Source of the DNA: an uncultured Candidatus Saccharibacteria bacterium
GTDB taxonomy: Bacteria; Patescibacteriota; Saccharimonadia; Saccharimonadales; JAGQNJ01
NCBI GenBank assembly: GCA_964584895.1
Contig: CAZPAW010000001.1
Coordinates: 109,343-173,342 of the forward strand
Reading direction: 5' to 3'
Length of the DNA stretch: 64,000 nucleotides
Under the pieces are notes generated by a model. It had not been told where the DNA came from. It ran no database searches and worked only from the letters and a program-made list of their open reading frames with translations. Below are positions 52,698-64,000 of the stretch, piece after piece. The position numbers and the translations under genes were made by a program. Every line of letters starts with the position of its first letter. The stretch's first letter is position 1.

Positions 52698-54053
52698 TTA
52701 ACCTCTTCCTACTCCTATATATTGTAACCCAACGGACTCGATCTTTTTAATATTAAAGCCATTGATTGCGTCAACGAATAGCTGACCTTTCATTAGTTTT
52801 TTATATTGTTGTGGACTCGTATTTATTAATTCTGGCCAATCGGTCGTTATAAATACACCATCAACATTCTTTAGAGCAGATTCTAAAGTTGTAGACAGTG
52901 TAATCTTTATGTTTAAGTCTTCTTTTGCTTCTGTATTTGCTTTTGGGTCATATGCAGTCACAACAGCACCTTCATTAGATAAAATATTAGCAAGTTTAAT
53001 ACCCGGTGAACGTCTAGAGTCACTAGTACCCGCCTTAAAAGACAAGCCAAGTACAGCAATTCGTTTGTCTTTAAGCTCTCCCAAGGCAGACATAGCTTTA
53101 TTTGCTATGTAACCGGCCATTGATTCGTTAACATCTGTAGCAGCGGTCATGATAGGCATATCTATACCATGTTTTTCTGCGCTGGCTATTAATCCACTGA
53201 CGTCTTTCGGAAAACATCCGCCACCATAACCACGCCCTGCGTTTAAGAATGCTCTGCCTATGCGCTTATCAGAACCAATGCCTTCCATAACTTCAATTAC
53301 ATCAGCACCGGTTTGATCAGATAGTTTTGCAATGGAGTTAGCGAATGATATCTTGAGCGCCAAAAATGCATTAGCAGTTACTTTAATCAGTTCGGCGCTA
53401 TCTCGCGAAGTAGATATGTATAATCCGTGATGGTCTTTTGGCGCAGTAAGTCCTGATGTTTTTGCAATATCGGCACGATGTTTTTCAAGGTCCTTATAAA
53501 GTTTAATTATCTGGTTATTGGCGTCTAAATTATTGCCTCCAACTACAACTCTATCAAACCATAATGAGTCAGAAATCGCTGTACCTTCACGCAAAAATTC
53601 TGGGTTTGAAACATAGGAGATGCCTTTTTTTTCAAAGGATAATGAATCTTCAAGATCCACTCCCGTACCGACAGGTACGGTGCTTTTTTGTACAAAAATA
53701 GAACCTGACATCATTAATCTGCTAGCTTTTTCAGCTGCTTGATGAACGTAGCTTAGATTAGAGCTACCGTCTGGATTATCGGGTGTGCCAACACAAGAGA
53801 ACACAACATGGCTTTTTGGAATTGCTTCTTCATAATTATCTGTAGGTATTAAACTTTTGTTTTTTACAGCTAGTTTAATTAACGGATCTATACCTTGTTC
53901 ATAAAAAAAAGATTTTCCACTCTTTATGGTGTCTAATCGCTCTTTATTGACGTCAATTAGGTATACTGTGTAATCAGAATTAGATAGTAGTGATGCAGTC
54001 GACAATCCTACATACCCAGCTCCTATGATAGTAATAGTTTTATGATGATTTAT
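52698..54053 (-). CDS. ugd: UDP-glucose/GDP-mannose dehydrogenase family protein (UDP-glucose 6-dehydrogenase-like); start codon non-canonical
   Basis: The catalytic region is GGGCFPKDV. The NAD-binding motif TIIGAGYVGL lies upstream of the ORF-track TTG start (54005), so the gene must start earlier. The in-frame region back to the TGA (54087-54089) holds no ATG/GTG/TTG. An ATA at 54051-54053 sits 6 nt after AGGAGA (54060-54065). Confidence 0.7.
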   Translation of the reverse strand: MNHHKTITIIGAGYVGLSTASLLSNSDYTVYLIDVNKERLDTIKSGKSFFYEQGIDPLIKLAVKNKSLIPTDNYEEAIPKSHVVFSCVGTPDNPDGSSNLSYVHQAAEKASRLMMSGSIFVQKSTVPVGTGVDLEDSLSFEKKGISYVSNPEFLREGTAISDSLWFDRVVVGGNNLDANNQIIKLYKDLEKHRADIAKTSGLTAPKDHHGLYISTSRDSAELIKVTANAFLALKISFANSIAKLSDQTGADVIEVMEGIGSDKRIGRAFLNAGRGYGGGCFPKDVSGLIASAEKHGIDMPIMTAATDVNESMAGYIANKAMSALGELKDKRIAVLGLSFKAGTSDSRRSPGIKLANILSNEGAVVTAYDPKANTEAKEDLNIKITLSTTLESALKNVDGVFITTDWPELINTSPQQYKKLMKGQLFVDAINGFNIKKIESVGLQYIGVGRG

Positions 54054-54129
54054 AACAAATCTCCTTTCGTACAGTTTTTTATTATATCAGTAAAAAACCT
54101 ATAAATCAGGTATAGTAATATTCACAAAA

Positions 54130-55632
54130 ATGCAGCACACAAAAAAAATAATCAATTGGGTTTACGAATTTAGTAGTCGCGATAAATTCTTTAACCTGAT
54201 TGTAATATTTTTTACAATAAATGTATTTTGGGGGGCATTTAGCTTTATTTATCCCATGGTTTTTGATGAGTATGTACACTTTGGAATGACAAAGCTTTAT
54301 TCCCAGCAATGGAGTCCATTTATTTGGGAACAACCTCCAGAAGCAAGTTTATTCGGAGATATCACTAGAGACCCATCCTATCTTTATTCGTATCTATTGA
54401 GCTTTTCTTTTAGGTTAATTCATATTTTTGTAAAAAGCGAGATTGGATTGATTATTCTTCTAAGGCTATTAAATGCGTCTATAGTAGTTTTTGCTATTTT
54501 TTTATACAGAAAGCTTTTTTTATCTTGGGGAATCTCTAACAGGTCTATTAACTTCGTAACCCTTGCTTTTGCATCGACAATGATAGTCCCGCTAATAGCT
54601 TCGCATATTAATTATGACAATTTAATGTTTCTGATGACCGCTGTATTTTTAATCTTAGGAACCAAGATATTAAGTAGTAAGGACAAGCTTTTTACGAGAA
54701 TCATACTATTTATTAGCATTGGATTTTTGACCACCATAGTAAAACATAATTTTTTACCAATTTTTATCGTTACAGTAATTTATGTCGGATCGATTGCATG
54801 GTTAAATAATCGTAGATGTTTAACAAAGTATTTAAAATCTGTCTGGCAGGATAGGCCAAATAGTTTATTTGTAGTTTTTCTCGCAACGTTGATTATAATA
54901 TCGTTTGGTTTATTTATAGAGCGTCATGGTCAAAACCTTGTTCGCTATAAAACCGTAGCACCCACGTGCGACAGAATTCAACCAGAGTATATATGTAAAG
55001 ATTTTGGCCCATGGTACAGGAACCAAAATAACCTATTGAATAAACCTTCTGATGCTCTTTACGGCAACCCATTTAGCTTTACTCAGCACTGGGTGAGTAA
55101 AATCATGAGAGGATTTTTCGCCCCATTTAGCCATACACCAACACAAGTCGTTTCTGAACATGAACCCTTTGGACCTATTGTAAGAAAGCCGATATCTCCA
55201 CCTCAGATAATTTTTGCATATTCCGTATTGTTCATTGGCATGATTTCGGTATTAATTAATTTCAAGCAACTATGGGCAAAACCATATATTAGGCTTTCTC
55301 TTCTTATTATCTCGATATATATGATAGTGCTATGGCTTTTCAATTTTCAGCTTTATCAAAAGTTAGGGGCAGCCCAGGCTATTCAAGCGCGCTATACTTA
55401 TCCAATATTATTATTGATATTTGTTGTATTTCTTGAAGGATTTAAAAATATTATACAGTCAGCAAGGCAACGTAAGTTTTTGATAACAATATTTTTAGTT
55501 TTTTTTGTGTGGGGTGGGGGGATAACCGGCTATCTGATTAGGGCTGATGATACTTGGTATTGGCAAAATCATACAGTAATAAGCGTGAATCGAGTAACTC
55601 AAGAAATACTAAAAAAAATCGTCATACACTAA
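54130..55632 (+). CDS. polytopic membrane protein, GT-C-like glycosyltransferase (paralog of 44612..46051)
   Basis: 500 aa with ~12 hydrophobic segments. The shared motifs are listed under 44612..46051. Confidence 0.5.
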   Translation: MQHTKKIINWVYEFSSRDKFFNLIVIFFTINVFWGAFSFIYPMVFDEYVHFGMTKLYSQQWSPFIWEQPPEASLFGDITRDPSYLYSYLLSFSFRLIHIFVKSEIGLIILLRLLNASIVVFAIFLYRKLFLSWGISNRSINFVTLAFASTMIVPLIASHINYDNLMFLMTAVFLILGTKILSSKDKLFTRIILFISIGFLTTIVKHNFLPIFIVTVIYVGSIAWLNNRRCLTKYLKSVWQDRPNSLFVVFLATLIIISFGLFIERHGQNLVRYKTVAPTCDRIQPEYICKDFGPWYRNQNNLLNKPSDALYGNPFSFTQHWVSKIMRGFFAPFSHTPTQVVSEHEPFGPIVRKPISPPQIIFAYSVLFIGMISVLINFKQLWAKPYIRLSLLIISIYMIVLWLFNFQLYQKLGAAQAIQARYTYPILLLIFVVFLEGFKNIIQSARQRKFLITIFLVFFVWGGGITGYLIRADDTWYWQNHTVISVNRVTQEILKKIVIH

Positions 55633-55637
55633 TTAAT

Positions 55638-56498
55638 TTACTTCGTTAAGTTTTGTAAGTATTTTCCGTAACCACTTTTTTGTAGTGGTTCAGCGAGCTT
55701 TAGAAGTTGTGATTTGTTTATAAAACCTTGCTGATAGGCAACTTCTTCTATGCAGCCAACTTTTAAGCCTTGACGTTCTTCGATTACTTGTACGAATTGC
55801 GCTGCTTGGTTCATTGTTTCAAACGTGCCGGTGTCAAGCCAGGCCGTTCCGCGGTCAAGTAAGGCTACTTTTAATTTACCTGTTTGCAAATATGCATTAT
55901 GAATTTCGGTAATTTCGATTTCGCCACGGGCACTCGGTTTAGCTTGTTTGGCGTATTCTACTACTTTGTTATCAAAAAAGTATAAGCCTGGAATGGCGTA
56001 GTTAGATTTTGGGATTTCAGGCTTTTCATCAATTGATATTACGTTCATATTTTCATCGAATTCTACTACGCCGTAACGCTCGGGATCAGATACTGGCGCT
56101 CCAAATATCACCCCACCATCGACATCTGTATACTCTGATAACTTGTCACTAATTTGGGTCCCATAAAAAATATTATCACCAAGCACTAATGCTACTTTGT
56201 CTAAACCAATGAATTCTTCGCCAATTACAAAGGCTTGGGCTAGACCGTCAGGACTAGGCTGAACTGCATACTTCAGGCAAATACCGATATCTGAGCCATC
56301 GCCAAGTAGACGCTGGAATTGGTCTTGGTCGTGAGGCGTCGTAATAATTAATATTTCTTTTATACCCGCACTCATAAGAGTAGAGAGTGGGTAGTAAATC
56401 ATTGGCTTGTCGTAGATTGGAATTAGTTGCTTTGAAATACCTTTGGTTATTGGGTAAAGTCGGGTGCCTGAACCGCCGGCTAAAATAATGCCTTTCAT
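55638..56498 (-). CDS. rmlA: glucose-1-phosphate thymidylyltransferase
   Basis: 286 aa: [39 protein letters not shown]. Confidence 0.9.
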   Translation of the reverse strand: MKGIILAGGSGTRLYPITKGISKQLIPIYDKPMIYYPLSTLMSAGIKEILIITTPHDQDQFQRLLGDGSDIGICLKYAVQPSPDGLAQAFVIGEEFIGLDKVALVLGDNIFYGTQISDKLSEYTDVDGGVIFGAPVSDPERYGVVEFDENMNVISIDEKPEIPKSNYAIPGLYFFDNKVVEYAKQAKPSARGEIEITEIHNAYLQTGKLKVALLDRGTAWLDTGTFETMNQAAQFVQVIEERQGLKVGCIEEVAYQQGFINKSQLLKLAEPLQKSGYGKYLQNLTK

Positions 56499-57349
56499 TT
56501 TGTTAACTCCTTATTTACATAGTCTTTTAGATCGTCTTTCCAGTCACGGGATTTGAAGCCTGTACTTTGAATTTTATCTAGATTCAGTGTGCTATTGAGT
56601 GGGCGAGGGGCCACGCCAGATTTATTTTTAAAGTATTCTTCTGTCGTAGTCCCGGTTACTTTTAATTCAAAACCAGCTTGGGAAAATATTTCGCGAGTTA
56701 CTTCGGCCCAGCTGGCTGGCTCACCATCGTTAGTTAGGTTGTAAGTGCCGAACGGTGCTTTATTGACGAGCAGGTGATCTATGGCTCGAACTAACTCACT
56801 GGTAAAAGTTAGCCGACCAATTTGATCATCAACGACAGTCGGGGATATGCCTTTACTACCAAGATCGAGCATCGTTCGGACAAAGTTTTTGCCTTCTCCG
56901 ATTACCCAGCTGGTTCGCAGTATATAGTGTTTATCCACTTGTGACACCAGCAAATCACCGGAAGCTTTACTAGCGCCATATACAGAAAGCGGAGAGAATG
57001 CTTCGCTTTCTGTGTGTTCTTTTTTTGTACCATCAAAAACATAATCTGTAGAAATATGAACAAAAGTTATGTTGTTACGCCAAACAGGATGGCTTATATG
57101 CCCCACGGCTTCAGCATTAACTTTCCAGGCGGCAACTCTGCCTTCAGTAGTTTCAGCACCATCTACATTAGTGTAAGCTGCGGCGTTTAATACGATATCA
57201 ATTTTTGACCAGTCATATACTTCTACGGATTTTTTATCAGTTATATCTAGTTCGTCGATATCAACTGTTTGTGCTTCAGGATACCGTGCTTTTAGGGCTA
57301 AACCTAGCTGTCCGTTTGCGCCAATAATTAGTATTTTTGATTGGTCCAT
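56495..57349 (-). CDS. rmlD: dTDP-4-dehydrorhamnose reductase
   Basis: 284 aa: [11 protein letters not shown]...[10 protein letters not shown]...YGASKASGD. It lies within the rml operon. Confidence 0.85.
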   Translation of the reverse strand: MDQSKILIIGANGQLGLALKARYPEAQTVDIDELDITDKKSVEVYDWSKIDIVLNAAAYTNVDGAETTEGRVAAWKVNAEAVGHISHPVWRNNITFVHISTDYVFDGTKKEHTESEAFSPLSVYGASKASGDLLVSQVDKHYILRTSWVIGEGKNFVRTMLDLGSKGISPTVVDDQIGRLTFTSELVRAIDHLLVNKAPFGTYNLTNDGEPASWAEVTREIFSQAGFELKVTGTTTEEYFKNKSGVAPRPLNSTLNLDKIQSTGFKSRDWKDDLKDYVNKELTK

Positions 57350-57927
57350 TAGCTACCAACTTTCATAGGGGTTATATCTTTTAGCTGAGGATGTTTTTGA
57401 TCACGATCGGACATAACAGAGTCTGACAGTGCAATAGGCCATTGCACGTTTAAATCTGGGTCAGCCAGATTAACGAACATATATTTGTCATAATCATCAG
57501 CATTCCAATGTTTATTCACGCTGTACAAGTAATATGTTTCATCCTCTAACGTTTGGAATGAATTTGCGACACCTTCTGGCAAGAAAACAGCTTTGTTTGG
57601 TGTAATCTCGATTGTCGCAATTTTGCCAAAATTTGGACCTTGACGTAGGTCAATATATGCTGAAAAAACCTTACCTTTTACTATAGATATATATTTATCC
57701 CATGGTTCAGCATGAAATCCTCTTGTAACGCCTTTTCGTTTGTTATAGGATAGGCTATTTTGGACGACTTGAAACTGTTCTGGCATTCCAGCTTTTATCA
57801 ACTTTTCTTTATGAAATTTTTCTTGGAACCAACCACGTTCATCACCTACATAAGTAACGTCAAAAAAGATTAGGCCCGGAATCTCAGTTTTATGTGCAGT
57901 AAATTCTGTAGTAGCTACATTTGCCAT
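57349..57927 (-). CDS. rmlC: dTDP-4-dehydrorhamnose 3,5-epimerase
   Basis: 192 aa of cupin type: GDERGWFQEKF...RGFHAEPW...SAYIDLR. It sits between rmlB and rmlD. Confidence 0.8.
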   Translation of the reverse strand: MANVATTEFTAHKTEIPGLIFFDVTYVGDERGWFQEKFHKEKLIKAGMPEQFQVVQNSLSYNKRKGVTRGFHAEPWDKYISIVKGKVFSAYIDLRQGPNFGKIATIEITPNKAVFLPEGVANSFQTLEDETYYLYSVNKHWNADDYDKYMFVNLADPDLNVQWPIALSDSVMSDRDQKHPQLKDITPMKVGS

Positions 57928-57933
57928 ATTCTA

Positions 57934-60290
<2,357 letters not shown>

Positions 60291-60294
60291 ACGT

Positions 60295-61434
60295 CTATAG
60301 TACCGCACTAGATTTCGATGATTCCTGAGTTTTATTAATAGTAGGCAATGCCTCAAGATAATTATGTATGGATTGCTGAAATTTTACGGGGTTAAATTTT
60401 TTTGCTTCTTTTTGAATAATTTCGATTTTATAGTTTGAAGCACAAAAAGATTTCAATGTATCGACGAGGGAAGAGACTGTTTGTTCTTCAAAGAATTCAC
60501 CGGTTTTGCCAGGCTTAATATAATCCAGCGAACCACCAGCTTTATAGGCTATTACTGGGGTCCCGGCAGCCATGGCTGCTACGGGTGCGATACCAAAGTC
60601 GTCAAGTCCTGGGAAGATGAACGCTTCGGCAGACTGTAGGAGGTTTACGATTTCTTCGTCAGAGACATAGCCTTTAAAGTCAATTGTTGGCCCGGCAAGA
60701 CGTTTGAGTTTTTTGGTTTCTGGACCCGTACCTAAAACATTTAACGGAAGTTTCAGCTTGTTGCATGCCTCTATGGCTAGATCAAAACGTTTGTAGGGGA
60801 CATGACGGCCCGTGATAATAAAACCTTTCCTAGCCGAGGGCTTAGAGCTAAGAGCTGAGGATAAGTATCTTTCGATTTCGACTGGTGGGTGGATGACGAC
60901 AGAATCGCGATGGTAATATTTTTTAATCTGACTTTGAGTAAAGCTAGAGTTAGCTATCATGTAGTCAGGTCGCTTTGATGCATCTTGGTCCCATTTTCGC
61001 ATAGGGTGGAGCAACAACTTAAGCCCGAGTCGAGCCAATGGATTGAGGACGCCAAAACCAGGATTTTTTAAATACTCTTCATAACGGTTCCAATAATAGT
61101 GGGTTGGGGCATGACAATAATTGATGTGAATAGTGCCTTTTGGGGCTTTAATACCTTTTGCTTCTGCGCCTGAACTACTAATAACTAGATCGTAATCCGA
61201 AAAATCGAGATGCTCAAACCAGTGTTGTCGTAGATATGGGATAAATTTACGGATTTTTGAAAATGGCCAGTGTTGTAAATAGCCGGTAACAACTTTATTG
61301 TCTAGCCGCTCTCTCCATGCTGGCGAGCAATAGGATGTATAAATAGGTGCCTTTGGATACATGCGATGTAGCTCTAGGACTACTTTTTCGGCGCCACCTT
61401 CTAAGAACCAATCATGGACAATAGCGACACGCAA
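60295..61434 (-). CDS. glycosyltransferase family 4 (GT-B)
   Basis: 379 aa: RVAIVHDWFLEGGAEKV...FIFPGLDDFGIAPVAAMAAGTPVIA. The start codon is TTG, 2 nt after the upstream stop. Confidence 0.75.
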   Translation of the reverse strand: MRVAIVHDWFLEGGAEKVVLELHRMYPKAPIYTSYCSPAWRERLDNKVVTGYLQHWPFSKIRKFIPYLRQHWFEHLDFSDYDLVISSSGAEAKGIKAPKGTIHINYCHAPTHYYWNRYEEYLKNPGFGVLNPLARLGLKLLLHPMRKWDQDASKRPDYMIANSSFTQSQIKKYYHRDSVVIHPPVEIERYLSSALSSKPSARKGFIITGRHVPYKRFDLAIEACNKLKLPLNVLGTGPETKKLKRLAGPTIDFKGYVSDEEIVNLLQSAEAFIFPGLDDFGIAPVAAMAAGTPVIAYKAGGSLDYIKPGKTGEFFEEQTVSSLVDTLKSFCASNYKIEIIQKEAKKFNPVKFQQSIHNYLEALPTINKTQESSKSSAVL

Positions 61435-61436
61435 AA

Positions 61437-62873
61437 TTAGGAACTCCGAACGTTAATCAAAACACGAAGCGTCTTTATCAGAATAATTATGTCTAGCCAA
61501 AAGCTCCAGTTTTGAACGTAATACAAATCTAGTTTGCGTCGTTCTTCTGGCGGAATGTCTTTGCGTCCAGAAATCTGAGCAAAACCAGTGATGCCAGATT
61601 TGACACTAACGATGTTATTTTTGGCTTTTGCTTCTTCGATTTCTTCCGGCACTAAAGCGCGAGGCCCAACTAAACTAATATCACCTTTTAACACATTAAA
61701 TAGTTGAGGCAGTTCATCTAGGCTAGTGCTTCTTAAGAATCGCCCAACCCTAGTAACTCTTGGATCATGATCTAATTGATCGCCGTTTTTTCTATATTGG
61801 ATTGCTAGTTCTGGTTTACCCATTTTTTCGAAAGCTTGTTCGGGCGATAGCCCACTATATTTCTTTTTATGAGTTCTAAATTTGTAGATTGTAAATTTTG
61901 TATTATATCTGGTGACTCTTTTTTGTTTGAAAATGACGGTGCCGGGATCAAAAATAAATATCGCAAGTGCACATATTAGATATACTGGCGATAGTAGAAT
62001 TATTAGAACAAAGGATATTATTAGATCAAATAATCTTTTTGCTATTCGTCCCCAGCCAATAAGTGCGGTCTGATGGATGGTAATCATAGGTATTGATGAT
62101 TGAAATAATTCTACGTCCATGTTGCCTACAAATAATTCAGAATTACCTGGAATGAATCGATACGAAATATGATGGTTTTGAGCAAATGTCAGCACCTCAT
62201 TATTGTCGCTGACATCTTTGAATAATTCTGTCTGCATGATGCTATGTATACTGTCAGCGCCAAGCGCTTTAGTTGCAGTTGAAAAATTTTTATATATTTT
62301 GATTTTGCTTGGGTACTTAGACTGTTTTATTTCTCCGACAATTCCAACAATTTTATATCCCGATACTTTTGGATTAGCTAGCCAGTCCACTAGTTCATTG
62401 GTAGCTTCGTTGTGACCAACTATTAATACGTTGCTTATCCCGTAGTTATAAGAAAACAATATTCGTCTTATTAATCGAACAAGGTTTCGCATAATAACTA
62501 AAATCGTGAAAGTTAGGATAAAACCGTAAATCGGAACCAATTTTGCAGGGAAGATAGGTTGGTTGCCAAAAAAATCGACACCTATAACGAATAGTGTACC
62601 GATAGTGGTTCCTATAAATAATCTTCCCAGTTCGCTAAAGCGGTTTTCGTAGATATTTCGGTTGTATAGTCCAATTAGTGCAAAAATAATTACCCAAAAA
62701 GGTATGAGAATTAATAAAATCCCAAAATATGTTCTGGATGGTACTGGATTGAGGATTGGTTTGTCTGTTAACGAGACTCTAAATATATATGCAAGCACAA
62801 ATGCGGATATTAAAGCTGCAATGTCTGCGATGATTAAAAACAAACCATACAGGAACGAAGCGTTGTTCTTCAT
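61437..62873 (-). CDS. polyprenyl-phosphate hexose-1-phosphate transferase (WbaP/CpsE-type initiating sugar transferase)
   Basis: 478 aa with four to five N-terminal TM helices. The C-terminal bacterial sugar transferase domain reads KRLFDLIISFVLIILLSP...PRVTRVGRFLRSTSLDELPQLFNVLKGDISLVGPRA. Confidence 0.85.
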   Translation of the reverse strand: MKNNASFLYGLFLIIADIAALISAFVLAYIFRVSLTDKPILNPVPSRTYFGILLILIPFWVIIFALIGLYNRNIYENRFSELGRLFIGTTIGTLFVIGVDFFGNQPIFPAKLVPIYGFILTFTILVIMRNLVRLIRRILFSYNYGISNVLIVGHNEATNELVDWLANPKVSGYKIVGIVGEIKQSKYPSKIKIYKNFSTATKALGADSIHSIMQTELFKDVSDNNEVLTFAQNHHISYRFIPGNSELFVGNMDVELFQSSIPMITIHQTALIGWGRIAKRLFDLIISFVLIILLSPVYLICALAIFIFDPGTVIFKQKRVTRYNTKFTIYKFRTHKKKYSGLSPEQAFEKMGKPELAIQYRKNGDQLDHDPRVTRVGRFLRSTSLDELPQLFNVLKGDISLVGPRALVPEEIEEAKAKNNIVSVKSGITGFAQISGRKDIPPEERRKLDLYYVQNWSFWLDIIILIKTLRVLINVRSS

Positions 62874-62896
62874 ATATACTATTAATCATATCATCT

Positions 62897-64000
62897 ATGA
62901 TCGATAAACCTGCGGTAAAATCAACAGATAGACTTATTGAATATATGGGGTGGATTTGCCTTTTTATATTTGCGGTGTTGCCATTTCATGCATTTTTAAC
63001 TACATGGGCGGGGTCCACGTTCGGTCATATTGATGTATTTAGAATATGGAAAGAGCTTCTAATTTTTATCTTGGCAGTTAAAGCGATCTACATTGTTGTA
63101 TTAGACAAACAACTCCGAAAACGGTTGATCGGCTCAATTATTTTTAGACTTACACTGTTGTATCTCGTTATTACGATCCTTCGAACCATTTCGGGATATT
63201 ATTCTGGCTCAGTTAATGCCGAGGCGGCCATTTATGGGTTATTAGCGAATCTACGATATCTAGCATTTTTTTATGTAGTAATGATTGTTGCTAGCAAGAC
63301 AAAGATATTAAAGAAATTTTGGGCTTATGCACTACTGGGACCAGCGATGATAGTGATTATTTTTGGGGTAATGCAAAAATTGCTACTTGCGAATGATTTT
63401 CTCTCAAACTTTGGATATTCTAAGAGTACAATTCCGGCTCTACACACAGTTGACAGTAAAGATACATACATGAGAGTACAGTCAACACTACGCGGCCCTA
63501 ACCCACTAGGCGCATACCTAACCCTTATCCTGACTGCCGTTATTGCACTAGGGATAAAAGTTAAGAATCGACGGAAACAAGTATTGTTGTCAATATTTTT
63601 TGGATTGGGTATTTTTGTTATGTTTTTTAGCTTTTCTAGAAGCGCATGGCTAGGTACTTTTGTGAGCCTCGCAGTATTTGGTTGGTTATCGTTTTCAAAT
63701 ATGCGTTCAAAAATGGTCGTTGTTTATGGTGCACTAATGATCATGACATTGTTTATTGGCTTTGTTTATATTGGACAGAATAATGATTTTATTCAAAATA
63801 CTGTTTTTCATTCTGATGAAAATTCAGTATCGCCAACAAGCTCTAATGAAAATCGCCAATCGGGAATAATAACAGGGCTAAATGATGTATATAACCATCC
63901 GCTTGGTCAGGGGGCAGGAAGCGCTGGCCCAGCATCTACCAGAAATGATAAACCAGCTAAAATTTCTGAAAATTATTTTATACAGATAGCCCAAGAAGTC
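62897..64000 (+). CDS. O-antigen ligase/polymerase-like (Wzy_C-type) membrane protein, 3' end beyond window
   Basis: Absent from the ORF track because no stop occurs inside the window. I translated from the ATG at 62897 and found 368 codons without a stop. It is polytopic, with RGPNPLGAYL, FSFSRSAWLG and HPLGQGAGSAGPAS patterns typical of O-antigen ligase-like proteins. Confidence 0.65.
   Translation, partial: MIDKPAVKSTDRLIEYMGWICLFIFAVLPFHAFLTTWAGSTFGHIDVFRIWKELLIFILAVKAIYIVVLDKQLRKRLIGSIIFRLTLLYLVITILRTISGYYSGSVNAEAAIYGLLANLRYLAFFYVVMIVASKTKILKKFWAYALLGPAMIVIIFGVMQKLLLANDFLSNFGYSKSTIPALHTVDSKDTYMRVQSTLRGPNPLGAYLTLILTAVIALGIKVKNRRKQVLLSIFFGLGIFVMFFSFSRSAWLGTFVSLAVFGWLSFSNMRSKMVVVYGALMIMTLFIGFVYIGQNNDFIQNTVFHSDENSVSPTSSNENRQSGIITGLNDVYNHPLGQGAGSAGPASTRNDKPAKISENYFIQIAQEV

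Overview
AT-rich bacterial chromosome segment that spans the replication origin. recF, dnaN and dnaA lie on the minus strand, facing rpmH, rnpA, yidC and jag on the plus strand, with consensus DnaA boxes between dnaA and rpmH. The standard genetic code fits: TGA, TAA and TAG all end long ORFs. Dense packing, many 4-bp stop/start overlaps, apparently leaderless promoters and the gene content suggest a reduced-genome, Gram-positive-like (possibly Patescibacteria/Saccharibacteria-like) organism. That placement is inference only.

The window has three blocks.

(1) 1-4900: housekeeping genes (L,D-transpeptidase, rhodanese, ComF, Hsp20) plus a tRNA-Arg/tRNA-Ser region holding partial tRNA copies that break at the T-loop.

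(2) 4917-23678: a ~19 kb type IV secretion-like locus, the most interesting part of the window.
- It has six tandem pilin-like paralogs with a conserved two-helix C-terminal module and unalignable N-terminal domains.
- Two surface-protein paralogs are joined by a perfect 192-bp direct repeat.
- It encodes VirB6-like, PrgI/VirB3-like and VirB4 components and two large multidomain cell-wall hydrolases.
- No coupling protein, relaxase or integrase is visible in the window.
- It abuts recF directly.

(3) 30220-64000: a ~34 kb cell-surface glycan locus.
- It encodes rmlACBD, phosphomannomutase, UDP-glucose dehydrogenase and a Wzm/Wzt ABC exporter.
- It has many GT2/GT4 transferases, a polyprenyl-phosphate sugar transferase, several GT-C-like membrane proteins and an O-antigen-ligase-like gene.
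- It includes a nitroreductase / flippase-like / pyruvyl-transferase trio.
- One GT-C-like gene is interrupted by a single in-frame TAG.
- The dehydrogenase gene appears to need a non-canonical start codon.

All family assignments come from motifs read by eye. No database search was possible.
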